A stretch of DNA of 64,000 nucleotides from Pseudogymnoascus verrucosus. Its lineage: Eukaryota. Positions 22,989 through 35,944 of this stretch are shown here, piece by piece. The stretch is taken from assembly GCA_001662655.1 (NCBI GenBank), contig KV460270.1. One strand, given 5' to 3'. Each line of letters begins with the position of its first letter. Position 1 is the stretch's first letter. Below the pieces are notes generated by a model. That model saw nothing but the letters and a program-made list of their open reading frames with translations. It was not told where the DNA came from and ran no database searches. The position numbers and the translations under genes are program-made.

Positions 22989-23624
22989 TTAATCCTTCTT
23001 ATTCTTAACAACGAAGTACTCCCCAGTCGTTCTGTTAGCTGTGGAGAGCGGTTTCCAGTGGCGATCCTCCACCCCAGTTTCGCCCTCTAATTCCTCTAGA
23101 CTCTCGATCGTGCTTTGTTTTATCTTTTTGCGTTCGCTCTCTCTTCTCCTTGGCCTCTTCATCTTCCCTTTGAACTCTTCCAGTGCCAATGCATCCTCGA
23201 GCGTTTTCAGCCCAATAGTACGTTCTGCCAACGCCTCCTTAGTCTCTTCGCGGATAGCCTGGAGAGGCTCTACACCCGTAGTATCAACCTTTTGTATCTC
23301 CCTAACAAAGTGAAGTTGTGATTCTAGCATTGCGATCATGCTTTCTTCCTCCGCAGCATCTTTTGGTTGTGGCAATGCGGATAATCGGAGTAGGTGAGAG
23401 AGTTGCGCGGGCGTGGTTGAAGGCGTGGCAGCCGCATCTGAGGCTGATGGGAGGAGAGATTTAACAGACCAGCTGGGTTTCGAGAGGAATTCCGCCGTGT
23501 CTGCTTCGGTTTCTAGTACTCGTTTGGCGGAGTATGTCCTCGTCAAGGGTGTTCTAGATTTTGATGCCAATGCTGCGAAGCGCAGACTCGCCCGGGAGCG
23601 AAGCCATACTGCCACTGGCATCAT
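22989..23624 (-). CDS. Mitochondrial Glu-tRNA(Gln) amidotransferase small subunit (GatF/Gta3, GatC-like)
   Basis: Mitochondrial presequence-like N-terminus, plus motifs PSWSVKSLL, HLLRLSALP, LESQLHFVREIQKVDTTGVEPL and GEYFVV. Confidence 0.78.
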   Translation of the reverse strand: MMPVAVWLRSRASLRFAALASKSRTPLTRTYSAKRVLETEADTAEFLSKPSWSVKSLLPSASDAAATPSTTPAQLSHLLRLSALPQPKDAAEEESMIAMLESQLHFVREIQKVDTTGVEPLQAIREETKEALAERTIGLKTLEDALALEEFKGKMKRPRRRESERKKIKQSTIESLEELEGETGVEDRHWKPLSTANRTTGEYFVVKNKKD

Positions 23625-23908
23625 ATACAATATATATGACGGCTATAATAACATTAGCCACGCATTTGCAATTGGGAATATGTTTATTCGTACCTTTCGA
23701 TGCTGGTCATGGCACCTTGATGGGATTCTGATGCGAAAATGACGCTAAGGCGGGAAGTATCCATGCCACCGCGTCAGAGCCAAGCTTGGCTTGGTGCGAC
23801 ATATTGAACAACCACCCCTCCTTTTGATACCACTAAAGTTCAACAAAAACACAGAGCACACATAAAAATAATCATACATTTAAGGGATTCTCACATCCTC
23901 AAAGTAAA

Positions 23909-24973
23909 ATGGCACAAGATCCACGTGCCCTTCTACAGAAGGTATGCTTTCATCCTTTGCGTCCTATATACCCCGCAGCGCTGCGACTACAAGCTCACAC
24001 TGACACCGACTCCAGGCGGACAAGGCAGCATCGGGAGCTGGCGGAGGCTTCAGCCTTTTCGGCGGAAGGGGAGAAAAATGGGAAAATGCAGCAGATCTCT
24101 ACACACAAGCGGCCAACGCATTTCGAATGCAGAAGCTGAGTACGTCGCAACCCCGAACACCCATACCACGACCCCACTAACCCCACGCCACAGCTAAGGA
24201 AGCTGGCCAAGCCTTCGAGAGCGCGGCCTCTATCCAGCTGTCGAAGCTTTCCGAGCCAGACGATGCGGCGAATACGTATGTGGAGGCGTTCAAGGTGTAC
24301 CGCAAGTCAGATCCGTTGGATGCGGCGAGGTGTCTGGATCTTGCGATCAACCACTACACAGGGAAGGGCAACTTCCGCCGGGCGGCAACACATAAGCAGA
24401 ATCTCGCGGAGCTTTATGAGCAGGAAATAGGCGACCAGAAGAAGGCGATCGAGAGCTACGAGATGGCTGCAAGCTGGTTTGAGAGCGATAATGCTGAGGC
24501 GTATGTAGCGGCCTAAACTATTCCGATGGTGGAGCTTCACTAACATGAGCTTGTTCAGATTGGCAAATAAACTGTACCTCAAGGTTGGAGAACTAGCTGC
24601 CCTCGACGGCGACTACTACAAGGCGGTCGAGCATTTCGAGAAGGTGGCTACCTCGGCCGTAAGCAACAACCTCATGAAGTGGTCTGTAAAGGACTACTTC
24701 CTGAAGGCAGGTCTCTGTCTGTTGGCCATTGGCGATATGGTCGCTGTGAACCGCGCCTTCGAGAAGTACCGGACTTTGGATTCTACGTTTGCGAGCACCA
24801 AGGAGCACCAGCTACTGGTAGACCTCGCCGAGGCAGTTGATGCGGGAGATCAGGTGGCGTTTGGAGATAAGCTGTTCCAGTACGATCAGATGAGCAAGTT
24901 GGATAACTGGAAGACGGCGATTCTGTTGAAGATTAAGAATGCAATTGAGGAGAAGGAAGAGGACTTCTCATAG
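23909..24973 (+). CDS. SEC17: Alpha-SNAP vesicular fusion protein
   Basis: MAQDPRALLQK, GNFRRAATHKQNLAELYE, KWSVKDYFLKAGLC and YDQMSKLDNWK. Introns at 23942-24015, 24140-24193 and 24501-24558. Confidence 0.95.
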
Positions 24974-25266
24974 AGAGATCGGGGGGGTGGTAACGACGTG
25001 GGGTAGATACGGCGTTGGTTTAATTATTTGTTGGGTTGGTTATTTGGAGCAAACAGAACAATCAACGAGGTTCCCATGGTACACTTTTGTTTTAATGAAG
25101 AGAGTAGGCTTATTATTTAAAACTAACTCGCAGTCATTCTTCCTGTTATGCCTTTGTCATGAAGGCAGCAATATCCCAAGTGATACCTTCCTAACCCACC
25201 CCTAATAACGCCAAACAATGCTAAGCCGAGAAGCTGAAAATCTACCAACGGATATTACAGCCAAAC

Positions 25267-26977
25267 TCAGGCGCCTCCCTTCTTCGCAAAGCGACCCAGT
25301 GCAGGTCCCAGTTCCTGCTCCGCCTCCTTGATCCTCTTCTCACTCTGGCTATTCCTCAGTTCCATAATCTTGAGCTTCTTCTCATCGATGATGTTCCTGC
25401 CACCCTTCTTCCTGAGGTATTTCCTCAGACTGCTATTCTTGCCTCTCCCTCTATTCTTGACACCAGCCAAAAGCTCAGCTGGTGCCTTATCCAGATCCTT
25501 CTCAGCCTTGCGCTGCTCATCAGTCTGGAGGTTGAGGTTTCCGATGAATTCGGGGTTGAGCGAGATCATCTCTGGCTGCAGCTTGTTGAGCAGTGTCCTG
25601 ACTTCGGTCTCCTGTCTCTGCTTGGTGTTCTCGTATGGGTTGATTTCCAGAGCGTCGTAGTTGGCCTCTCCGGCTCCTGGTACGATGATCGAAGAGAACC
25701 CGGCGTCGTGAGATACACCGAGGACATCTTCAAATGGACACCAACGAACCCGCTCGATGTTCTTACCTTCGCCGCCCCAAGCCATATATGGACTTTGGAT
25801 CTTCTCTTGGTCCAGAGCGTGCTTGGTGAATAGGCCGCGCCAAATCGAGGTTTGCGTCCCCCAGCCGACTGCCGTGAGGCCAGTATCTGAGATAGCTACG
25901 GAAGAAGCGGGTCGGCGGGTGAAGTAGCTGTTAACCTCCTTGAACATGCGGATATCCCACACGGACATCTTCATATCCTGGCCAGTGGATACCATGTAGC
26001 GGCCCTCACGATCGATATCTATCGAGCGGACGGGTCCGCGATGAGCAAGGAGTTTAACAAGAGGAGTGGTAGAATTGGGCGACCACAGTGTGACGGTTCC
26101 GTTTTGGTGCCCCATATGGAGGATTGCGTTGTGGGGGTTTTGTTTGAGCGAGGTGGGGGATCCAAGGCGGGTTGGGATTTCGATGACAACCTGACCAGTT
26201 GATGTGTCTTGGTATTTGAGATATCCAGCATTACCCTACCTTGTATTAGTAAATTGACTGTAAATATTGACCGTTTTGACTTACCACCGTAGCTAATAGA
26301 TAGTGGTATGGGAGGAACTCCATGTTGGTGACCTCGATATGCTTCTTCAAGCAATGGATCTCAACTCCGTGGCTGTCGTAAATGTAGACATACTTCTTCT
26401 GCGCAACCGCAAACATTTGATTGTTGTGCAGCCACTTTGCATCTCGAACTGTCTCGCCGAGTTGCAGCTCGCATCCGAGCTTCCCATCGCGCCAGTCCAT
26501 TGTTGCGACATGACCTTTCCTTCCAGCAAGGAGCAAGTCCTTTCCAGTCCTCGTGTAGTCGAACACATATGGTCCCAGGCTATCCAACTTCAACTCAAAT
26601 CCCTTCTTCGCCGTTTCGAGCGCTACGCTGCCCTTGATGTCGTCCTGCTTGACTTTGTACGTCCTTTCGAGGTCATTTTCTGGTTCGAGGAACCCGCCCT
26701 CGTTCTCGAGCAGGATCTCGGCATCCTTCGCTTTCAATGTCGCATTTTTGTATTTGCTCTCAAGAAGCTTGAGATTTCCTCGTAATTTCTTGTCTTTAAT
26801 TCCCTTCACGGGTATTCTGCGACCGCGGCCATAGTCTCGTTGCGCCTCTTGCCGCCTGCGCAGCTGAGACACTTGATCTTTTCCGAAAGCCGGAGTGCGT
26901 TGCGTCCTTATCGGGCCAGCATTATTCGGGCTGACCTCCGTGACCGTATTGTCAATTGTATCTACAGCGTCCGACAT
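25267..26977 (-). CDS. UTP7: U3 snoRNP/SSU processome WD40 protein Utp7 (WDR46/BING4)
   Basis: LLLAGRKGHVATMDW, FLPYHYLLAT, GHQNGTVTLWSP and the BING4CT region PFEDVLGVSH..GAGEANYDALEINPYE. Intron at 26236-26284. Confidence 0.95.
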
Positions 26978-27254
26978 ATCGGAATCGTAAACGGCGTGGT
27001 TTTGAGAAATGTTCGTGTGGCTCCCGTCGCAAGGAAGAGGCTGGATTGTTAACTTTTTTGGTTGCCAAGATTTCGAGGGATCTAATCGCTCTTATCGGGC
27101 AGCGACCCGCGCACAGATAATAATTTTTTGGACAGAGACTGGACTTCCCCACGTTGACGCCCCTCCAAAATCTGTAGCAGTACACGATTTTCTGCACGTC
27201 AAGGTGGCCTCATTAAATTTACCGTACAGATTCAAAGCCGGAGGCAGCGGCAAG

Positions 27255-29783
27255 ATGCCTGCAACTGTTGGTCACTCCCATAGGAGCACCACTAAGGTGG
27301 CGCACAAGTCTTTCAAGGCGCGCAAATCCACCAAAGGTGCCCTGAAGGAGATTATGAAGGGTATGATTTTCGGTACAACATGAAATAATAAAAACTGACA
27401 TTTTATAGGCAAGGTCCAAGATGGATCCTCAGCTCGGAAAACTCCTCACCAGCAACTTATGTCGAAATTAGACCGACGAAACCAGGCCCGCCAGAAGCAA
27501 CTCACCAAGCACAAGGAACACCTGAGAGACAGCAGCGTATTCAATGGCCGCGAGGGCGCACCGAGAATAATTGCGGTTGTACCGCTCTGCGAAGATGCAG
27601 ATGCCGCCAAAGCCGTGGAGAAGCTGAACGGAAGCCTGGATGTCGAAGCGGAGGTTCCAGAGGAGGGCATCTGTCGCACGAACATCGATCGGTTCAAGCA
27701 GAAGATCCAATATATTGTTCTGAAGAGGGACTTGGCGGCTTGCATGGACGCCTGCAGAATCGCGGATTTTGTCATGGTTATCTTGTCGCCAGAGCAGGAG
27801 GTGGATGATCTAGGAGAGCTTATTCTACGAAGTATCGAAAGCCAGGGACTCTCGACACTATTCTCTGTTGTGCAAAACCTGGACACCATCGAGCCACCCA
27901 AGCGCCGCGGCCAGGTTCAAGGATCCTTGAAATCATACATCACCCATTTCCACCCCGAGCAGGAGAAGGTTCACAGCTTAGACTCAAGGCAAGAGTGCGC
28001 CAACTTGATGCGATCCCTATGCACCACATCACCAAAGGGTGTGAGGTGGCGCGAAGATAGGAGTTGGATGCTGGTTGAGGACGCACAATGGCCGGAAGTC
28101 GATGGCGAGAATGTTGTACTCACCGGTATTGTACGTGGCAAGGGACTCAAGGCCGACAGACTCGTTCAGGTTGGCGACTGGGGCTCTTTCCAGATTGAGA
28201 AGATTGTCGCAGCCCCTCTTGCAGCGAAGAAAAGCCATACTAAGACGGACGATATGGCTGTGGATGCGGAGGCATCAGAGGCGGAGAACGTCTTGGATAC
28301 ACCAACAGAAGAGCAGGATGACCTTGACGAACTAGCCCCTGAGGAAGTTATGATGGACGACATTGACATTGATACCGGAGTATCTGTCGCGGGAACCGAA
28401 AAGCGAGGTGTGCTACTTGATGATCATCACTATTTCTCAGACGATGAGACACATTTGCCAGCTGCTCCAAAGCGCCTTCCAAAGGGTACATCGAATTACC
28501 AAGCTGCTTGGTACTTGGGCTACGATGGATCCGAGGACTCTGATTTCGAGGACGTCGAGGAAGAGGATACGGCTATGGAGACCCAGGCTTTACCACAGGA
28601 TGGTGTTGAGGGAATGGCTCCACGTGAGCCAACAGAGTACGCCGCATCAGAATACCCCCAGTCGGAGCTGTTCTTGGACAGGTCAGCAGAGCAGGAAGCA
28701 GAGCAAATCGCTGCCTTCAGAAAGAGCAAGGTCAACGAAGCAGACGAGGACGCTGAATTCCCAGATGAGATTGAGCTCCAGCCTCAAGTTCTAGCTCGCG
28801 AGCGTTTGGCTAGATATCGTGGACTCAAGAGCTTACGGACCAGTCACTGGGAGGAAGATGAAGATAGAGTCCACGAGCCAGAGGATTGGAGGAGGCTTCT
28901 GCAAATACAAGATTACAACTCATCGAAGGCTCGTGTTACTCGCGAGGGCCTCGTTGGTGGTGTCCCGGCTGGTACACGCGTCCACGTGTACCTGCGCAAC
29001 GTTCCCCTGAGCCTCCGCGAGTCGTTCAAGGCTTCCAAGCCAGCGACCATGTTCTCATTACTGCGCCACGAGTACAAGCGGGCAGTGTTGAACTTCAAGA
29101 TCACGCTCAGCTCAGACTACCCCGAGCCCATCCGCTCAAAGCAAGAGATGATCATGCAAGTTGGACCAAGGAGATTCGTCATCAACCCAGTCTTCTCTCA
29201 AGCTGGAAACCCCCAGAACAACGTCCACAAGTTCGATCGCTTCCTGCACCCAGGTCGCTCGGCTGTGGCGTCCTTCATTGGACCACTCACCTGGGGCTCC
29301 GTTCCTGCGTTATTCTTTACTCGCCCGTCGGCAGAGGCTTTGGCTTCTGATCCTAAGGCAGCAGAGATGCCACTCATTCTCATTGGAACGGGCACATCTC
29401 TTCCCCCATCCTCCTCCCGCGTCGTCGCCAAGCGCATCATCCTTACTGGCCACCCCTTCAAGATCCACAAGAAGCTCGTTACCATCCGCTACATGTTCTT
29501 CAACCGCGAAGACGTGGAGTGGTTCAAGGCCCTACAATTATGGACCAAGCGTGGCCGCAGTGGATATATCAAGGAGGCGCTTGGTACGCACGGATACTTC
29601 AAGGCTACATTCGATGGCAAGATCAACCCCCAGGATTCCGTGGGAGTCAGTCTGTACAAGCGCGTCTGGCCGAGGAACGCGAGGGTGTGGAAGGGAGTTG
29701 ACGAGGAGGTGCCTAGCCTGGTGGAGGATTTGGAGGGCATGGAATTGCAGGATGCGGATATGGATGGTGGTGTTGCGATTTAG
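27255..29783 (+). CDS. TSR1: Pre-40S ribosome biogenesis factor Tsr1 (Bms1-like inactive GTPase)
   Basis: GHSHRSTTKVAHKSFK N-terminus, FPDEIEL..ARERLARYRGLKSLRTS, and AKRIILTGHPFKIHKK..GTHGYFKATFDG. Intron at ~27361-27408. Confidence 0.95.
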
Positions 29784-30385
29784 AGATAAACGGCATTTCG
29801 GAATGCTTATGCTTTTATGAGGCGTCTTGGGGAGAAAAGAATATGATCTAACCTGTTACAATGATAAAACGCTCAAACCTTCTTTAATGAGATCTGTGCT
29901 GAAATAGTGAGAAGACGTTCTCGGACTGAGTAGCAAACTTGAGGTTAACTTGTTGTTCGTGCGGTGCGGGGCTTGGGGTAAGCATTATCCGATAAGATTA
30001 GATCTTACGATCCAGGAACAAGGAACGGGAAACCACGTTGTGGCTATGGCTATAATTTTGGTCACCACAATATGAAATAAATCTTGTAGAACGCGCCAAT
30101 CCGTGTTTCTTCACCCATAAACCTAGAAACAAATGCTCCGCCTTATCTAAATATTAATCCTTATATTATTCTATATTATTCAATATATTACAGCCTTATC
30201 AAGCCTTTCAAAAATAAATTTATTATCACGTGTCGACTGTGGGAGAATTGATTCGCGTGGGTCATTTCGTATCAACCCTGCAGGGTCTTGGAGATATCCT
30301 CCTCTTCCCACCCCCCTCTCCTCTGCAACCTCAGCAACTCGACACCGAATCAATCCCGGGTCGATTCATACAGGCACACACCATC

Positions 30386-31613
30386 ATGCCTCATTCCACA
30401 GCAACGACCGTGCAATCGAAGTCGAAAGCCAACGGCAATGCTACTACTACCGCCGTAAAGACTGCTAAGGGGAACGGCGAGGCGAAGGCCGCGTCAACAC
30501 CCAAAGATGACGAGAATTACGAGCATTTCTTCTGGACATACACCGAAGAACCTCACCGGACGCGCAGAATGGCCATTATCAAGGCCCATCCAGAGGTACG
30601 TTCACCCAATTTCCCTCCCACCTCCTCCATCCACTAACACTCCCCCTCAGGTCACCAAACTCTGCGGTCCCGAGCCCCTAACCAAATACATCGTCACCTG
30701 CGTCGTGGCCCTCCAAATCACCTGCGCCTACCTATTACGGAACACCCCCTTCTTCTCCTGGAAGTTCTTCCTCACCGCGTACATAATCGGCGCAACCGCA
30801 AACCAAAACTGCTTCCTCGCCATCCACGAAATAAGCCACAACCTCGCCTTCCGCTCCCCGCTCGCCAACCGCCTCTTCGCCATCTTTGCAAACATCCCCA
30901 TCGGGATCCCCTACTCCGCCTCCTTCCGCCCCTACCACCTCACGCACCACAAGTCACTGGGGGTAGATGGGTTGGATACCGATATGCCCACCGCATTCGA
31001 GGCGGTGTTCTTGGATTCGATTCTGGGGAAGGCGTTCTTCTGCACGTTTCAGATCCTCTTCTATGCGCTGCGCCCGATGATGATCTATCAGATCCCCTTG
31101 ACGAATATACACTTTCTCAATATCGCGGTGCAGGTAGCCTTCGATATCGGACTCGTCAAGTATGCGAGCGGAAACGCCTTGCTCTACTTCATCCTCTCCA
31201 GTTTCCTAGCGGGTAGCTTGCATCCCCTAGCCGGCCACTTCATCGCCGAGCACTACGTCTTCGCGCACCTCTCTCGCGAAGCGCGCGACCCGCGCACCAA
31301 GCTCGATACGCCTGTGCCAGAGACGTACTCCTACTACGGCCCCCTAAACTTCTTCACCTGGAACGTGGGGCTGCACAATGAGCACCATGATTTCCCAGCT
31401 GTGCCGTGGAGTCGGCTGCCGGCGGTGTATGAGATCGCGAAGGAGTTTTATGAGGATCTGCCGAGGCATGAGAGTTGGGTGTATGTGATTTGGCAGTTTA
31501 TTTGGGATAAGGAGGTGGGGATGAGCTGTAGGGTTAAGAGGAAGGAGGGGGGGAGGAAGGTGGGGGGGGGAAATGTGACGGCAGCTTGGACGGAGCAGGA
31601 GATTCAGGCTTGA
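30386..31613 (+). CDS. DES1: Sphingolipid delta-4 desaturase (dihydroceramide desaturase)
   Basis: FFWTYTEEPHRTRRMAIIKAHPEV and histidine boxes HEISH, HLTHH and HNEHH. Intron at 30596-30650. Confidence 0.95.
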
Positions 31614-32329
31614 TGATGAGATATGATATACGAAGTTGTATATGCCCGTGGTTATTTACGGGATTGGGTGTATTTGTACGACGATTTCACTGTAGAACTA
31701 GAGTAGCATATGCCGTACGTAATTCACAATTATAAAAGGTTCAAGTTAATATCAGGATCAATGACTCGTATTCGAATTATAGAACCATGATCATGAAACC
31801 CCCGCCTCCTCCTCGTAAAAGAACCTAAAAAAAAAGTATGCTGTGGTGGTGGTGCGAAAGAACTTATAAAAGGAACTTGGAGCCGGTATGTAAGAAACCA
31901 CGAAGCTCACGCAGGGCCTTCAACGTACTGTGGACGCATTACCAGTACCCCCAGCCACCGCGCTCGCCCGCCATCTTGTACGTAGGGGCCTTAAAAGTAC
32001 ATAAATAGGAAAAAAGAGAGAGCTGATCTTGTGTTCTCGTCACGGTAGTAGTGGTAGTGATTTCTTGCCAAAAGCACGCCCTGTGGGTATGTGTAATGGA
32101 CACATGACATGACGTCCCTCTTCCGCAGCCTCAGCTTTTTCATATCTCCCAAGTCGTCACGCCCCGAAAAAGGCACGTAGCGTCTGTCTGTCTGTCTGTT
32201 TGTCTGCGCGCGTATACGGTTTCGAAAAATGCTACAATCGCCTTCCCTCTCCATCGTCACATCACATCGCCCCGGAACTCCTCGATACGTGGGCTGGATC
32301 GCCAGGTACGCGCTGTGGGTATATTCAGT

Positions 32330-33598
32330 CTAGAAGAAGAAGTAGGCGATGAGGAAGGTAAGGAGACACAGCGCGGCGGTGATGTGGACGGGGACGCCCT
32401 CTTGCGATGTAGTTCTGATGGCTGCCTGTGCTGCTGGGACGACTTCGTCGGCGCCTAGGGCGTTGCCGGCCTTGCGTAATCTCAGGCCGCCTTCTTGGCC
32501 GTATGAGGCGATCGTGGCTTGGGCCTGCGACAGCTGAGCCTTGAGCTCCTCGACTGAGTTGGGGAGAGCGGAGGAAACGGCGGATGGGATCGCCTTGATG
32601 TTCTCCTTGGCATTGGCCTTTGACGCGGCTGGCTCGGCGGGTAGCGGGGAGCTCTCGGCCCTGAGTTGTGAGGATTTGGAGTCAGAGACTGATCTGTTGC
32701 CGGTGGCTTCGGAGAGGGGTGCCGATCGTTGAGGCGTGGATTCTTCTTGGTATGGGGAGTGGTAAAGAGGAGCAGCCGTATTGGGGGTCGTATCGTTCTG
32801 GAAGGCCAGCTGTTAGAACCGCACATTCGGTAGATGGGGCCGGTAAAGGGGACTTACGAGACTGCTGTTCACACCGTTTCTAAGAGGCGTAGAAACAGCT
32901 GGTAGGCCGGCGCTCTCCTCCGCAAGGAAGACGACTCTAATCTTCTTCTCCTGGATCGACGACTTCTCCGCTTGGTCGATTTGCTGCCACTGCGACTGTG
33001 TTAGGGGGGAGCTTCTCCGACGTGGTGGGACAAGACTGTCTTACGATCTGGGAAATGTTGGTGAACTCCTTATCAGCGGTGACCGCCACAGATTGCACAA
33101 GGAACTTGTCGCGGCATCTCGTATCGGCGGGTGGCTCGACTTTCATGGCCTGTAGGAGGACTTTGTACGACGGTTAGTGGACAGCGCATTTTCGGGTGCG
33201 CGGAGCGAGCTGAACAAACCTGAAACCTCGACTTCCTTTCCCGGCTCTATCCTGCCAGAGTTTGGTCTGACGCAGTACCTGTAGATGTTTGTTAGCATGA
33301 CATGGCCGAAGTTGCGCGCTGGGGGGTGTGGTCGCATGGTGGATCGCATACTGTTTTGGTGCCGTAGTCTTGACCTGCAGATTGAAATGGGTCAGTAATA
33401 TGCCTTGAAGCGCCTGAATGGAGATAATACCTTGAATGCAATGGGAGTAAGATTCGGGTTCCTGATCTTGAGGACTTGCGACACCTCCCTTGTGAAGGGG
33501 CCTAGAACTATCTTTCAGTTATCCGTCCTAAACTGTTGGGGGTGATCGAGCCACGTACGGTGGAAGCCGAGCTCTTGCGGATCGATTTCGACGGACAT
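32330..33598 (-). CDS. SCS2: VAP/Scs2 ER tail-anchored MSP-domain protein
   Basis: MSVEIDPQELGFH, VKTTAPKQYCVRPNSGRIEPG, CRDKFLVQSV and C-terminal anchor GVPVHITAALCLLTFLIAYFFF*. Multiple short introns. Confidence 0.92.
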
Positions 33599-34401
33599 AT
33601 TTGCGAGATTCGTAGAGGCTGTAGGGTGTAGACTGCGTTGAGTAGTGCGGCGAGTAGAGGTTGAAGCTCCAAACTTTGGCCAGATACCGTGGAGGGAGGT
33701 TGATTGATGTTTGGGAGTAGGTAGCTGAGGCGAGAAGTGGATCGGGGTGGACGGGGGGCGAGGCTAACAAGGGCAAGGCAAAATACAAGCGGTGGGGGGA
33801 CGGAGAGTTTAGTTGCTGAAGAAGCTGACTATTATATAGTATTTGTAGGAGACCGCAATCAATAAAATGTACGAGGAGGAGGAAAGTTAGAGAAGAAAAG
33901 GTGAAGAAGAATTGGATCGTGGGGAGGGCAGGCAGGTGTGTCTTATTCTACGAGACAAGAGAGAGAGTCGCATCCATGTCATTCTACTACTACGGTATTA
34001 CGGTGGTGGTAGGCGGGTAGTGCACCCTTCACGGTTTAACACCTACTAACACCTTCCGTCTGCATTTCTAAGCGAAACATATGACGTTCCCGGAGCCGAA
34101 AATCATGTTTGCTCTGTATGCTCATTTCCACCTTGGTGGGTTGGAACTTGTGGTGTGGGATAGGATAGGATACCACTATAATCATCGTTCGTCCACCATA
34201 TAATAAGCCACCAACGAAACAGGGACTGCGACAACGCCATCTCTTCTGCATCTTCCGATACTTCACCAGTCTCATAGATAAATATATCTAGCTGTCTTCT
34301 ATCTACGATAATACAACTTCGATATTTTATTTCTCGATCCTTCTCTTATCTTCCGCCACCAACACAGCTCAACGACGCTACCCCGCCACGAACCCGCAAC
34401 C

Positions 34402-35539
34402 ATGGCATCGTCTGACCTCGATGTCCTCGTGGACATGGGTTTCGATAAGGAGAGGGCCGACATGGCAGTCAAGAAGACCGGTGGCCGTAAGTTTGCTTTA
34501 TATACACCCTTACCCTTGTCATAAAGAAAACGCCATTCACTGACTAACTCCAACCAATAGTTCAAGGTGCTCTCCAGTGGCTGGAAGACAACCAGGACAA
34601 GTCGCTAGAGGAGATCAAAGCCGCAGCTGCACCAAAGAAGGTCGACGCCGCCATCGAAGATGCGAATGAAGAGCCGCCCGCACTGCAGGAGGGCGAGGTA
34701 GCGCGATCACTCATATGCAATGAATGTGGAAAGCGCTTCCGGAGCACAGCACAGGCCGAGTTCCATGCTTCGAAAACGTACGTGAGCTTTCATACCATCC
34801 GATCCGATACATCATTACAATTTCACCCACTCCAACCTTACTTCACTTTACTTCACTTTACTTAACCATACTAACGTCCCCACCCAGTGAACACCAAGAC
34901 TTCGCCGAATCAACCGAAGAAATCAAACCCCTCACCGAAGAAGAAAAAAAGCAGCGCCTCGACGAGCTCCGCGCCGCCCTCGCGACAAAACGCGCCAAGC
35001 AATCCGCAATCGACAAAGAAGAAGCCAAGCGCAACGAGAAGATCCGCATGAAGTCCACGCGCGAAGTCCAAGACGCCAAGGAAGAACTCGCCAAAAAGGA
35101 GCAAATCAAAGAAGCCTCCGCAAAGCGCAAGGAGAAACTCGATGACATCGCGGCCAAGAAGCGCATCCAGGAGAAGATCGCAGCCGACAAGGAGGAGCGG
35201 CGCATCAAAGCCGAGAAGGCCAAGGCGGAGAGGGAAGGGAGAGCGCCGCCTGCTGATCCGACGGTGACGGCAGCGCAGGCGGTGCCGGTGGTGAAGAGGC
35301 CGGTGGCGAATCATACGGAGGCGAGGCTGAGGTTGCAGATGGCGGAGGGGAATTTGCAGAAGACGTTTGCGGCGGAGACGACGCTGTTTGAGGTCGCGGA
35401 GGCGATTATGAAGGAGAATGGGACGGAGGTGTCGAGCTTTACGCAGAATTTCCCGAAGAAGACGTATACGACTGAGGACTTTGGGATGACGCTGAAGGAG
35501 GTGGGTCAGGTGCCGAGTGGGGTCTTGATTGTGAAATAA
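34402..35539 (+). CDS. UBA + C2H2 zinc finger + UBX protein (UBXN1/SAKS1-like Cdc48 cofactor)
   Basis: UBA LVDMGFDKERA..ALQWLE, zinc finger CNECGKRF..HASKTEH, coiled coil, and UBX ARLRLQ..FPKKTY..VPSGVLIVK. Two introns. Confidence 0.88.
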
Positions 35540-35944
35540 ATTGGAACAATATAGGACGGGTCCTTTCAGAAGAAGGAATTAGATACGGTGGGCTGGTAAC
35601 CATGTCTTAGAGATGACTTGGGATGCCTCATGAATTCAAATGAGAAATAAAGAAAGTTAATTATAGACAACTTCAAAACCAGTGTGGCTAGCTGGCGGTC
35701 ATAAAAATGTATCTTCCGCGTTGTCTAATAATTTGCAATGAGAAACGCTAGCAAAACAGCAGTCATAGTTGGGCACTTGGATATCTTTCCATTTTCTTCT
35801 CCACAACAAGGTCATTAGACATATCCGATTCCTTCCAAAAACGCCAGATTTGGTCACGCACAGCGTCATACCGCTGACACTTCCCCCTCCTTCCGGCCGC
35901 AGAACTCCTAACAATAGACTCCTCATTCATCTCATCCACCCACC

